Source of the DNA: Syntrophales bacterium
Lineage (GTDB): Bacteria > Desulfobacterota > Syntrophia > Syntrophales > UBA2210
Direction of reading: 5' to 3'
Length of the DNA stretch: 64,000 nt
NCBI GenBank assembly: GCA_963666365.2
Contig: CAXXNF010000001.1
Span: 1,152,001-1,216,000 of the forward strand
The notes below the pieces were generated by a model. The model did no database searches. It worked only from the letters and a program-made list of their open reading frames with translations, and had not been told where the DNA came from. Numbering within the stretch: the stretch's first letter is position 1; the number at the start of each line of letters is the position of its first letter. Positions 46,431 through 55,829 of the stretch are shown here, piece after piece. A program made the position numbers and the translations under genes.

Positions 46431-48584
46431 TCAGGACAGGCGTCCTAGTGTACCAACTAATCCAAGAACGATCAACAGCTTACAGAGAAGCACAAGCAGG
46501 CAGGTTCCCACGATCCCCAAAATCGGAACCAGAAGAAGACTTACCGCAACGGCGCCCAGACTTCCACCGATCAGATCAGCAGCATACAGTGACCCGGCCG
46601 CCTTTTGCGGGACCATCCCAAGGAGTCGTGCGGCAACGGGAAATTCGGCGCCTGTCAGCGCCCCCGCAATGATCGTGAGCAGCGCAAGCGTCCCGGGCGC
46701 AAGCACAGCCACACCCCAGCGAAGAAGGCATATCAGCATCACAAGGTAGCATAGGGTGACCACTTCGATGGAGAGCAACGAACGGAGCTGCACCGATTCC
46801 CGCCGGTTCGCGCACCAGCTTCCCAGGGCGAGACCGCACATAAAAGCGGCAATGATCAGACCGATACCGGTATAGACGCTCCCGTGCAGAATCTGATAGC
46901 AGAGGAGGATGATCACCTCGATCGACGAGGCGGCAAAACCTGTGACAAAGATGGTCTTCTGAATCATTCCGATACGATACAAATAGAGGGCGCACAGGAT
47001 CGCCGCCACGAGAAGTCCCGTGCCATGGCGTTCCTGGAACTGGGCCAGCCATCGCCTCATCTGATAAAGATAGGCCCAGGGATGAAAATCATCATTTGCC
47101 GGAACCTGCGGCATCAGGCTCTCCCGAAGAAAGGCTGCCCGTTCCTCCGTCACGCGCCCTCTCAAATAGCGTTCGTTCACATAGGCCGTCTCGATGCCCC
47201 GCCTTTCCGCATGTGAGGCGATATCGGCGGAGAGAGGATGATCGGAGGCGATACAGACGATCCGCTCCCCCGGAATGAAGAGGACCTGCCCCCACACTTC
47301 CTTCAGGGCATTTCCGATGGTGGAAAGAAACAGTGCCAGATCGGGGCTTATGTAATGCTCGGCGCCTGAAACCGAAAATGAGAAGACGCCTCCCGGTGTG
47401 AGAATACGCCTGACCTCACGGAAAAACTGAACGGTATAAAACCGATTCAGTTGAAGCGAAAGCGGATCGGGAAGGTCCACAATCACGGCATCGTATCGAA
47501 ACTGCGTGGTGCGTACAAATCGGCGCCCGTCCTCCGCGTGAAGATGCACCTCCCCGGGAAAGGAGTCCCTGAGATGTCGCGAGGCGGCATCGATAATCTC
47601 CGGGTCGAGTTCCACATAATCGAGCCGGACCGGACGGTATTTCATTATCTCGCGCACCGTGCCGCCGACGCCTCCCGCCACCAGCAGGACCTCATCGATA
47701 TTTTCCCTCTGCAGCAGAGCGAAGTGCACCGCTTCTTCGCTTTCGACAATATTGGGAGTTGAAAAGAGGTGTCCCCCGTTTTCGAAAAAGGATATCTGTT
47801 CGCGGTCCTTCGTCACAACGATGCGCCCGTAAGGCGATTCCCGGTAATCGAGGATTGTCTGTTCCGGATAGAGCCACTTGATTGTCGTTGCATCGAGGGG
47901 AATCAGCCACATCACACCCATAAGGACAAGCATGCCCGCAACGGCGGGGGCGCTGCGCCGGACGCGCCGGGACGGCCCGTCACACCCGATGAAAAGGGCG
48001 GCTGCCAGGCAGAGAAGGGCAGGAACAAACAGAAGGTCTAAATTTGTCATCCATCGGACCAGCAGAAAGGTAAAGAGAAGTCCTCCCAGAATATCGCCGA
48101 TATTGTCAAAGAAATAGACCTCTCCGACGCTTCTGCCGTCCGCTTCGCGGGAAGGCAGCACGGCACAGGCCAGGGTCAGAAGCCCCCCGGTGACGAGACA
48201 GTAGGGGGCAAGGAGGAGGGCGGCCCAGAGAAACAGTGCACCCGGCGCCGGCAGTTCCCCCGGAATAAATGCGACATTCCGCACGAGCCTGATCAGGACA
48301 ATATGTGCGATGGGAAAGAGGGCAACCAGGGGAAGGGAAAGGCGAAAGAGGGTCATCTGAAGTGCAGGCGCGGTCACAAAACGGCCGAGCCATGCACCCA
48401 GACCGGAAAAGAGGAGCCAGAGTGAGATGAGGATCCCCAGGACGAGTTCATTCCCCGCAAAACAGTTGATGAACTCCCGAATCACCGTAATCTGGGTGAT
48501 TACGTGTGAAATCCCCAGGGCCGTCACGGCACAATAGAGGGGAATCGACGCATTTCGATACCGCACCGGAAAGACCTCCGCCAC
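46431..48584 (-). CDS. Polytopic membrane protein with a central spermidine-synthase-like (class I SAM-binding fold) domain
   Basis: N- and C-terminal TM bundles; ESPYGRI, VLLVAGGVGG, VELDPEII, EDGRRFV, YDAVIVDLPDP and NRFYT..FF motifs. Confidence 0.85.
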   Translation of the reverse strand: MAEVFPVRYRNASIPLYCAVTALGISHVITQITVIREFINCFAGNELVLGILISLWLLFSGLGAWLGRFVTAPALQMTLFRLSLPLVALFPIAHIVLIRLVRNVAFIPGELPAPGALFLWAALLLAPYCLVTGGLLTLACAVLPSREADGRSVGEVYFFDNIGDILGGLLFTFLLVRWMTNLDLLFVPALLCLAAALFIGCDGPSRRVRRSAPAVAGMLVLMGVMWLIPLDATTIKWLYPEQTILDYRESPYGRIVVTKDREQISFFENGGHLFSTPNIVESEEAVHFALLQRENIDEVLLVAGGVGGTVREIMKYRPVRLDYVELDPEIIDAASRHLRDSFPGEVHLHAEDGRRFVRTTQFRYDAVIVDLPDPLSLQLNRFYTVQFFREVRRILTPGGVFSFSVSGAEHYISPDLALFLSTIGNALKEVWGQVLFIPGERIVCIASDHPLSADIASHAERRGIETAYVNERYLRGRVTEERAAFLRESLMPQVPANDDFHPWAYLYQMRRWLAQFQERHGTGLLVAAILCALYLYRIGMIQKTIFVTGFAASSIEVIILLCYQILHGSVYTGIGLIIAAFMCGLALGSWCANRRESVQLRSLLSIEVVTLCYLVMLICLLRWGVAVLAPGTLALLTIIAGALTGAEFPVAARLLGMVPQKAAGSLYAADLIGGSLGAVAVSLLLVPILGIVGTCLLVLLCKLLIVLGLVGTLGRLS

Positions 48585-48684
48585 GAAAATGGATGGACTT
48601 GCCTGATTCGCTCATTGAACTCCTGCAGAATATCTCTAATACCGGATTTTATCAACACCGGACTGGCACATAGCCAGCGGACCG

Positions 48685-49806
48685 TTACTGAAATAACCGC
48701 CGGTATTCCCCGTAGCCTTCCTTTTCCAGATCCTCCAGGGGAATGAACCGAAGGGCCGCCGAATTGAGACAGTATCTCCTTCCCGCAGGGGGTGGGCCGT
48801 CGGGAAATACATGCCCCAGATGCGAGTCGCCCCGCCTGCTGCGCACTTCCGTCCGCAGCATCAACAATGTGCGATCCTCCCGCTCCACGATATTGTCCGG
48901 CTCCAGCGGCCTGGTAAAGCTGGGCCAGCCGGTGTTCGAATCATACTTGTCGAGCGAACTGAAGAGGGGCTCTCCGGAAACAATATCCACGTAGATTCCC
49001 GCTTTCTTGTTGTTCCAGTACTCATTGTCAAATGCCCGTTCCGTCCCTTCGCGCTGCGTTACCTCGAACTGGAGCGGGGTGAGCCGTTTCCGCAGCGCCT
49101 CATGACTCGGTTTGGCGTAGCCGTCCGATCCGGACGCACATTCCGGGCGCGGGCGCTCGTCGCTCCATGCCTTTTTCAGAAAGGCATCCCGGCCGGAACC
49201 GCTGCGGTAGTTTCTGTAGCGAATCGCCTGTTTCTTGTAAAAATCCTGATGGTACTCTTCAGCCTTGTAAAAAGTGGTGAATTTTACTATCTCCGTGGCA
49301 ATGGGTTTCGTAAAGAGACCTGTTTTTTCAAGGGCCTGCTTCGATTCTTCCGCCAGGCGCCTCTGCTCCTCGTCATGGTAAAATATCGCACTTCGATACT
49401 GCGACCCCCTGTCGACAAATTGACCCGACCCGTCGGTAGGATCGATATGACGCCAGAACACATCGAGCAGTTCCCTGTAGGAAATTCTGCGGGGATCGTA
49501 AATCACCTGCACCGCCTCGGCATGCCCCGTGGCGCCGCCCGCTACCTCCTCATAGGTTGGATGTTCCCTGTGACCGCCGGTATACCCCGATATGGCTTCG
49601 AGCACACCCTCCACTTTCTCAAAATCGGACTCTACACACCAGAAACAGCCCCCCGCAAAGGTCGCCACGGCAGTCTCTTCAGCTTGTACGTTCATGATAT
49701 CCTCCTTCTTTTTTTCAGTCCCTTCATCCGCAAAGGGATACAGTCTCACAATAAAAAGCCCCATGATCAGGATAACTGCCACAAGGGCCATTCGGTTCCT
49801 TTTCAT
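48685..49806 (-). CDS. msrAB: Bifunctional peptide-methionine sulfoxide reductase MsrA/MsrB with an N-terminal signal or anchor
   Basis: AGGCFWC and AEEYHQ (MsrA); GWPSF, HLGHVF and RYCLNS (MsrB); ATG 49806 with GGAGGAGG. Confidence 0.93.
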   Translation of the reverse strand: MKRNRMALVAVILIMGLFIVRLYPFADEGTEKKKEDIMNVQAEETAVATFAGGCFWCVESDFEKVEGVLEAISGYTGGHREHPTYEEVAGGATGHAEAVQVIYDPRRISYRELLDVFWRHIDPTDGSGQFVDRGSQYRSAIFYHDEEQRRLAEESKQALEKTGLFTKPIATEIVKFTTFYKAEEYHQDFYKKQAIRYRNYRSGSGRDAFLKKAWSDERPRPECASGSDGYAKPSHEALRKRLTPLQFEVTQREGTERAFDNEYWNNKKAGIYVDIVSGEPLFSSLDKYDSNTGWPSFTRPLEPDNIVEREDRTLLMLRTEVRSRRGDSHLGHVFPDGPPPAGRRYCLNSAALRFIPLEDLEKEGYGEYRRLFQ

Positions 49807-50124
49807 CGTGTTCCTCCTCCATGAAAGACGGGGATGGTGTGCACAGGCGCCCATCATACCGTTCCCTGTTTTTTCTTTCACCTTAATATAATCACCCTTT
49901 GCGTCATTGCATAATCACAACACCCGTATCAGGTTCTTGCGCACTTCCTGAAGGAAGAATCGCCATCGCCATGGGTGTTCGTCCTGATGGGGAAACTGAC
50001 TATTTCTAAAATGCCGTTGACATCATAATGGTCATCATCTATAGTTCACGGCAAGGTTCTATTCATCAATTCAAAGAGATATAAAAATACGTTGACATGA
50101 CCGGGTTGGCATATTTTTTCACCA

Positions 50125-50826
50125 TTGAAGGACATTGAGAAACTGGTGCTTGGCGAAGCGGCGGAACGGATGGTTCCTGCGGGGGACGCCGGCGATAGGG
50201 GAGTGCTCATTCATCCCGATGTGCTGGATGCCTTTCAGCTCCTGCGCAGTGATGCGGGAAAAGAGGGATTCGATCTCAGAATCCATTCAGGGTTCCGGTC
50301 GTTTGACGGGCAGCTCACCATCTGGAACCGGAAAGTCCGTGGAGAACTGGCGGTTCTCGATGATCATTCAAAAAAGATACCTGTCGACACCGTACACAAA
50401 AAGGATTTACTGTTTTACATTCTGCGCTGGTCGGCATTGCCGGGTGCAAGCAGGCACCACTGGGGGACGGAAATCGACTACTACGAATTTAACGGGTGCG
50501 CGGCCGGCAGAAAAATCGATCTTATTCCCGAAGAATATCGAGACAGCGGGCCCTGTGCACGAGCCGACCGCTGGCTCAATTCCTGCATTGCCGAAAAAAA
50601 GGCGCACTCCTTTTTCAAACCCTATGCCCGTGACAGGGGAGGAGTGCACCCCGAACCGTGGCATCTGAGCTGGGCGCCTCTGGCCGACCACTGTCAGAAC
50701 GCACTGAAGGCCGATCTTCTCCTTGCAAAACTGCAGGCCTCTCCCATTCTGCTGAAAGAGTTCATTGTCGACGCCTATCCTGAAATATGGAACAGGTTCG
50801 TCATCAATGTGGAAAGTTCCGGATGA
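50125..50826 (+). CDS. M15-family (VanY-like) D-Ala-D-Ala carboxypeptidase
   Basis: SGFRS, PGASRHHWGTEID (HxxxxxxD) and EPWH (ExxH) motifs. Confidence 0.88.
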   Translation: MKDIEKLVLGEAAERMVPAGDAGDRGVLIHPDVLDAFQLLRSDAGKEGFDLRIHSGFRSFDGQLTIWNRKVRGELAVLDDHSKKIPVDTVHKKDLLFYILRWSALPGASRHHWGTEIDYYEFNGCAAGRKIDLIPEEYRDSGPCARADRWLNSCIAEKKAHSFFKPYARDRGGVHPEPWHLSWAPLADHCQNALKADLLLAKLQASPILLKEFIVDAYPEIWNRFVINVESSG

Positions 50827-51518
50827 TGCTGACCAGTACACTGCCCTACCCTTCAAAAATATTCGGCACGACTCGCACCGGTCTGCCGCTGGAATATTTC
50901 ACCGGATCGGCACAGGAGAACCGGAAGGGCGGCCTGCTTCTCATCGCCGGGACTCACGGTGATGAAGCTGACGGCGTGTTCGTGCTGAGCAGAGCGCTGC
51001 GGGCTTGCGCCGCTCTGAGAAATTGCACGGTGGTGCTGTGCACCAATCCCGAAGGCCTATTGAGGGGAACAAGGGCAAACAGAAGGGGCGTGGACCTGAA
51101 CCGGAACTTTCCGTCACGAAACTGGAGATCGCAGCCCGTGATGGTGCGGTCCTTTGCCGACGGACCGAGAGATCTCGCCCACTCTCCCGGAGACAGTCCC
51201 TCGTCGGAACCCGAAACGCGTCATCTGCTGGCACTGTTGAGCGAACTCAAGCCCAACCATATCATCTCTCTCCATTCGCCGCTGGGCTGCGTCGACGCGC
51301 CGAAAGAGAACCGCCTGGCCGATTTTCTGGCAGCAAAAACCGGTTTACGGCGGGTCTATGAAATCGGATACGAAACTCCCGGATCCTTTGGAAGCTGGGC
51401 CGCTGAGAACGGCCACAGGCTCGTCACCTTCGAGCTGCCGAAACAAGGCGGTGAAGATCTGGTCAGAAACTATTCACCGGTGTTCGCCGGATTAATGGAA
51501 AATGGAATGGATGGCTGA
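50823..51518 (+). CDS. mpaA: Murein tripeptide amidase MpaA (M14 family)
   Basis: GTHGDE, TRANRRGVDLNRNFP, SEPET, SLHSPL and GYETPGSFGSW motifs; ATGA overlap with the upstream gene. Confidence 0.85.
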   Translation: MMLTSTLPYPSKIFGTTRTGLPLEYFTGSAQENRKGGLLLIAGTHGDEADGVFVLSRALRACAALRNCTVVLCTNPEGLLRGTRANRRGVDLNRNFPSRNWRSQPVMVRSFADGPRDLAHSPGDSPSSEPETRHLLALLSELKPNHIISLHSPLGCVDAPKENRLADFLAAKTGLRRVYEIGYETPGSFGSWAAENGHRLVTFELPKQGGEDLVRNYSPVFAGLMENGMDG

Positions 51519-51519
51519 C

Positions 51520-52752
51520 ATGGCACTCAATTACATTTGGGTCGGTTTTTTCATAATCGCCTTCGTGACGGCCTTGATCAAACTCATTTTCCTGGGCGAC
51601 CTGCAGGTTTTCTCCGAGATAATGAATGCAACCTTTTCGATGTCTAAAACGGCCTTTGAGATTGCGCTGGGCCTGACAGGCGTGCTGACCTTCTGGATGG
51701 GGATAATGAAAATCGGTGAAGCCGGCGGCGTAATCGGCCTGTTGACGAAACTTGTTCGGCCCTTTTTCAGCCGGCTCTTTCCCGGAGTCCCGGCGGACCA
51801 TCCCGTACACGGTTCGATGGTGATGAATTTCGCGGCGAACATGCTGGGTCTGGACAACGCCGCGACACCGATCGGGCTCAAGGTCATGCAGCAGCTTCAG
51901 AAACTGAACCCCTCGCGGGTCGAGGCCTCGGATGCGCAGATCATGTTTCTCGTTCTGAACACTTCGGGCCTGACGCTGATACCTGTCGGCATTATGGTCT
52001 ATCGGGCACAGGCCGGCGCTGCAAATCCCGCTGATATCTTTATTCCGATACTGCTCGCGACGTTCTTTTCGACACTGGCCGGATTGCTGGCGGTCGCGGC
52101 ATACCAGAAGATCAATCTTTTCGACCGGGTACTCATGGCGTATCTGTTAGCCGGGTGCGCGGTGATCGGCGGTCTGTTATGGTATTTTTCATCCCTTCCG
52201 CAGGAGCAACTGTCGCTCCTGTCGACCGCCGTCGCCAGCGTGATTCTTTTTTCGGTCATCTCATTGTTCATTCTGACGGCAGTCGTGAAAAGGGTCAACG
52301 TCTACCAGTGCTTTGTGGAAGGTGCGAAAGACGGTTTTTCCATCGCCGTCAAGATAATCCCCTATCTGGTGTCGATGCTGGTCGCGATCGCCGTCTTCCG
52401 TGCTTCCGGCATCATGGATGTGCTCCTGGAAGGGGTAAAGGGGTTCGTGAATCTCTTCGGATTCGACAGCAGATTCGTCGATGCCCTGCCCACGGCGATG
52501 ATGAAACCACTTTCGGGCAGCGGCGCACGCTCAATGATGGTCGATGCAATGACGGTCCACGGTGCGGACTCTTTCGTCGGCCGCCTGGCTTCGACCTTTC
52601 AGGGGGCGACGGACACAACGTTTTATATCATCGCCGTATACTTCGGATCGGTCGCTATCAGAAAAACACGTCACGCGGTCGTCTGCGGGCTCATAGCCGA
52701 TGCCGCAGGCATCATCGCTGCGGTTTTCATCGCCTATCTGTTCTGGGGATGA
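51520..52752 (+). CDS. Fused SpmA-SpmB (nucleoside-recognition Gate domain) membrane protein
   Basis: ANMLGLDNAATPIGLK (SpmA) and KPLSGSGAR..TDTTFY..AVYFG (SpmB) in one chain. Confidence 0.9.
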   Translation: MALNYIWVGFFIIAFVTALIKLIFLGDLQVFSEIMNATFSMSKTAFEIALGLTGVLTFWMGIMKIGEAGGVIGLLTKLVRPFFSRLFPGVPADHPVHGSMVMNFAANMLGLDNAATPIGLKVMQQLQKLNPSRVEASDAQIMFLVLNTSGLTLIPVGIMVYRAQAGAANPADIFIPILLATFFSTLAGLLAVAAYQKINLFDRVLMAYLLAGCAVIGGLLWYFSSLPQEQLSLLSTAVASVILFSVISLFILTAVVKRVNVYQCFVEGAKDGFSIAVKIIPYLVSMLVAIAVFRASGIMDVLLEGVKGFVNLFGFDSRFVDALPTAMMKPLSGSGARSMMVDAMTVHGADSFVGRLASTFQGATDTTFYIIAVYFGSVAIRKTRHAVVCGLIADAAGIIAAVFIAYLFWG

Positions 52753-52927
52753 AGAGGCCGGCCGGCTTTTTATCCATGTACAGCGGTTGCGCAAAAAAAT
52801 TAAATCCGGCGCACATTTTACCCCATTTCGCAATTCCCGCGCTTCTCCTTGACAGACCTGCGGCAATCCCATATATTTTCACCCATTATTACTTATGGTT
52901 CAGACATGCCTGACGGGATGAAGACAC

Positions 52928-53686
52928 ATGGCCAAAATCACCGCAATTCATTCGTTTCGCGGCGGCACGGGAAAATCGAACACCACCGCCAATATCGCCG
53001 CACTGATTGCCGCACAAGGCATGCGGGTAGGCGTGGTGGATACGGATATCCAGTCCCCCGGCATCCACGTACTGTTTCGCTTCGATCCGAACCGGGCAAC
53101 CTATTCCCTGAACGACTATCTCTGGGGGAAGTGTGATATTATCCATACGGCCCATGACGTAACGTCGCTGGTGGACAGCCGCATGGAGGGGAAAATTTAT
53201 CTTATACCCTCCAGTGTAAAAACAGGCGATATCGCGCGGGTTCTGCATTACGGCTACGACGTGAATCTGCTGCGAGAGGGCTTTCTGAAACTGATCGACG
53301 CGCTGGCCCTCGACTATCTTTTTATCGATACGCACCCGGGACTGAATGAGGAAACACTTCTGTCGATCGCGCTTTCCGATACCATGATTATCATTCTCAG
53401 ACCGGATCAACAGGATTATCAGGGAACGGCGGTAACCGTCGAAATATCGAGACAGCTCGATCTTCCCCGGATTTTCCTTGTGCTCAACAAGGTTCCCCCT
53501 GCCTGGAGCAGGCAGACCTTGGCTGCAAAGGCCGCTGAAACCTACGGCTGCGAGGTGGCGGGCGTGCTTCCTCACAGCGATGACATGATGACACTGGCAA
53601 GCGCGGGGATATTCATAACAAAGTACAGGGATCACACGCTTACGCGGGAATTTGAGGCCATCGCCCGCAAAATAGGAGAGGCATAA
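52928..53686 (+). CDS. MinD/ParA-family ATPase
   Basis: HSFRGGTGKS deviant Walker A, VDTDIQSPG, IDTHPG and LNK motifs. Confidence 0.9.
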   Translation: MAKITAIHSFRGGTGKSNTTANIAALIAAQGMRVGVVDTDIQSPGIHVLFRFDPNRATYSLNDYLWGKCDIIHTAHDVTSLVDSRMEGKIYLIPSSVKTGDIARVLHYGYDVNLLREGFLKLIDALALDYLFIDTHPGLNEETLLSIALSDTMIIILRPDQQDYQGTAVTVEISRQLDLPRIFLVLNKVPPAWSRQTLAAKAAETYGCEVAGVLPHSDDMMTLASAGIFITKYRDHTLTREFEAIARKIGEA

Positions 53687-53770
53687 CGACATCGGGAAGT
53701 AAATCCGCCGTCATTACAGGACGGCGGCACCGTTCCGGAACGCACAGATTTGTGAAAAACGTGACATACT

Positions 53771-54832
53771 ATGATTACACCGGCAACACTCATCGGGTTC
53801 AATAATGACAACTCCCGCAAAACCCTGTTCGCGGCGGGTCTCACCTGGGCCTGCCTGTATGGTTTCCTGAACCTCCTGTCAAACACGTTCGTCCTTCCCG
53901 CCGCTCCGGTTATTGCCCTGCGACCTCAGATTGCCATTCCCATGACCGTAGGAATTATTTTCGGCCCTGCGGCGGGGTTTCTGACCGGCTGCCTGGGGAA
54001 CATACTGGGGGACGCGCTTTCCGGATACGGAATTATGACCTTCTGGAACTGGCATATCGCCAACGGTCTTATGGGATTTGTACCCGGCCTCATCCGTTAT
54101 CTCAAAGTACAGGACATTTGCACCGTCTGGGATTTTGCGATACTGCAGATTGCCGTCGTCGGCGCCAGCGCCTTTGCCGTGGGCGCCGCCGTAGTGCTGG
54201 ATATATGCTGTATTCACGTGATGAAGTTTCCCGAGTCGGTAAATTCGTGGATACTTCCTGCGTTCATTACCGATGCCGTCAACGGATTCGTGCTGGTCCC
54301 GCTCCTGCTTCTCGCACTGCGACGGGTCGTCGTCACGCTGGAAATCCGCACAATCCTCATGGTAAGCTTCCTGCTGGTAGCAGCCATACTGAGCACATCG
54401 ATGGCCATTACCTGGTCCGTGTGGGATATACTGATTTCAAAGGCTGCCATGATCGATACGTTTTACTTCGCCGGCATCCTTTCGGTAGTGCTGCTCAGTG
54501 CCGGATTTACCGCGGCGGTGTTCTTTGTGCGGCGCATTACCCTGCCCATCAAGGGACTCACCCGGACAGCGCAATCGGTGGAAAAGGGGAACTATGACAC
54601 GGAGCCGCTTGATTCCCTTTCTCAACGCTCCGACGAACTGGGACATCTGTCGAAGGTGTTTCAGCATATGATCGAAGAAGTACACGGCCGGGAGGAAAAA
54701 TTGCAGCGCCAGGTTGAAGAGCTGCAGATCGAAATAGACAGGAAGCAGCAGGCCCGGGATGTTGCGGAAATCGTGGATTCCGATTATTTCCAGCACCTGC
54801 GAAAGAAGGTAAAAGAATTCAGAAAACCCTGA
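53771..54832 (+). CDS. ECF S-component-like membrane domain fused to HAMP and a coiled-coil tail
   Basis: FGPAAGFLTG..GNILGDAL..WNW..GLMGF.PG (S component); ITLPIKGL..GNYD..DELGHLSKVFQHM (HAMP); about 50-aa tail with no catalytic domain. Confidence 0.8.
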   Translation: MITPATLIGFNNDNSRKTLFAAGLTWACLYGFLNLLSNTFVLPAAPVIALRPQIAIPMTVGIIFGPAAGFLTGCLGNILGDALSGYGIMTFWNWHIANGLMGFVPGLIRYLKVQDICTVWDFAILQIAVVGASAFAVGAAVVLDICCIHVMKFPESVNSWILPAFITDAVNGFVLVPLLLLALRRVVVTLEIRTILMVSFLLVAAILSTSMAITWSVWDILISKAAMIDTFYFAGILSVVLLSAGFTAAVFFVRRITLPIKGLTRTAQSVEKGNYDTEPLDSLSQRSDELGHLSKVFQHMIEEVHGREEKLQRQVEELQIEIDRKQQARDVAEIVDSDYFQHLRKKVKEFRKP

Positions 54833-54848
54833 AAAGGAGTGCAGAGCA

Positions 54849-55805
54849 ATGAGAGCAGTCCTATTTGACGGCGCCCTTCGCTATGAACCTGACCATCCGA
54901 CGCCATCGGCGCCACCGGGATGGGCACTGATCCAGGTCAGAACGGCGGGCATCTGTAAAACGGACATGGAACTGACAAAGGGGTACATGGGATTCAAGGG
55001 TATCCTGGGGCACGAATTTATCGGCACGGTTGCACAGTGCGACGACCCGCAGTGGATCGGAAAATCGGTGGTGGGAGAGATCAACGCCGCCTGCGGCTCC
55101 TGTGAATGGTGCGCCCGCGGACTGGGGCGCCACTGCCCCCATAGACGCACACTGGGGATCGACCGCCTTGACGGATGCATGGCCGATTACTGTATACTGC
55201 CGGTGGCCAATCTTCTCGAAATTCCGTCCGAGCTCTCCGAAAACCGCGCGATATTGACGGAACCGCTTTCCGCTGCCTGCGAAATCCTGGAGCAACTGCC
55301 ACTGAGCGGCACGGAACGGGCGGTGGTGCTCGGAGACGGACGCCTCGGCATTCTCTGCGCCTGGGTGCTGGCCACGATGCTTTCCGATGTCGCCATTATC
55401 GGACATCACCCGGAAAAACTCGCCCTGGCGGCCTGGCGTCATATACAACAGGCATCTTCCCCCGATGAAATTGCCGGGAATGTCGATATCATCGTCGAAG
55501 CCACCGGTTCGGGACAGGGCATTGTGGAGGCGATGGCCTTGTGCCGTCCGCGGGGAACGATTGTGCTGAAATCAACGGTCGCTCTTCAGGGCGACGTCAA
55601 TCTCGCGCCGATAGTCATCAACGAACTGACGGTGCTCGGCTCCCGTTGCGGACAGTTCAAGGATGGGCTGCAGGTGCTGGCTGACTACCCGGATATGCCG
55701 GTGGAGCGGCTCATCACCGCACGATATCCCATCGAAGAAGTCGAAAGGGCCTTCACTCGGGCCACCGAGCGTGACGCTCTGAAGGTGCTGCTGGATCTTA
55801 CATAG
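54849..55805 (+). CDS. Zinc-dependent medium-chain dehydrogenase (MDR)
   Basis: GICKTD, GHE, CGSCEWC.......C and GDGRLG motifs. Confidence 0.9.
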   Translation: MRAVLFDGALRYEPDHPTPSAPPGWALIQVRTAGICKTDMELTKGYMGFKGILGHEFIGTVAQCDDPQWIGKSVVGEINAACGSCEWCARGLGRHCPHRRTLGIDRLDGCMADYCILPVANLLEIPSELSENRAILTEPLSAACEILEQLPLSGTERAVVLGDGRLGILCAWVLATMLSDVAIIGHHPEKLALAAWRHIQQASSPDEIAGNVDIIVEATGSGQGIVEAMALCRPRGTIVLKSTVALQGDVNLAPIVINELTVLGSRCGQFKDGLQVLADYPDMPVERLITARYPIEEVERAFTRATERDALKVLLDLT

Positions 55806-55829
55806 AGGACTGGTATCTACAGGACAAGG

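Noticed and set aside
51520..52752. spmAB as evidence of sporulation
   Set aside because: Fused SpmAB homologues occur in non-sporulating bacteria, and the window has Gram-negative features and no other sporulation genes.
52928..53686. Calling the ATPase minD, parA/soj or flhG
   Set aside because: No cognate partner genes, an altered signature lysine and no clear membrane-targeting helix; left at family level.
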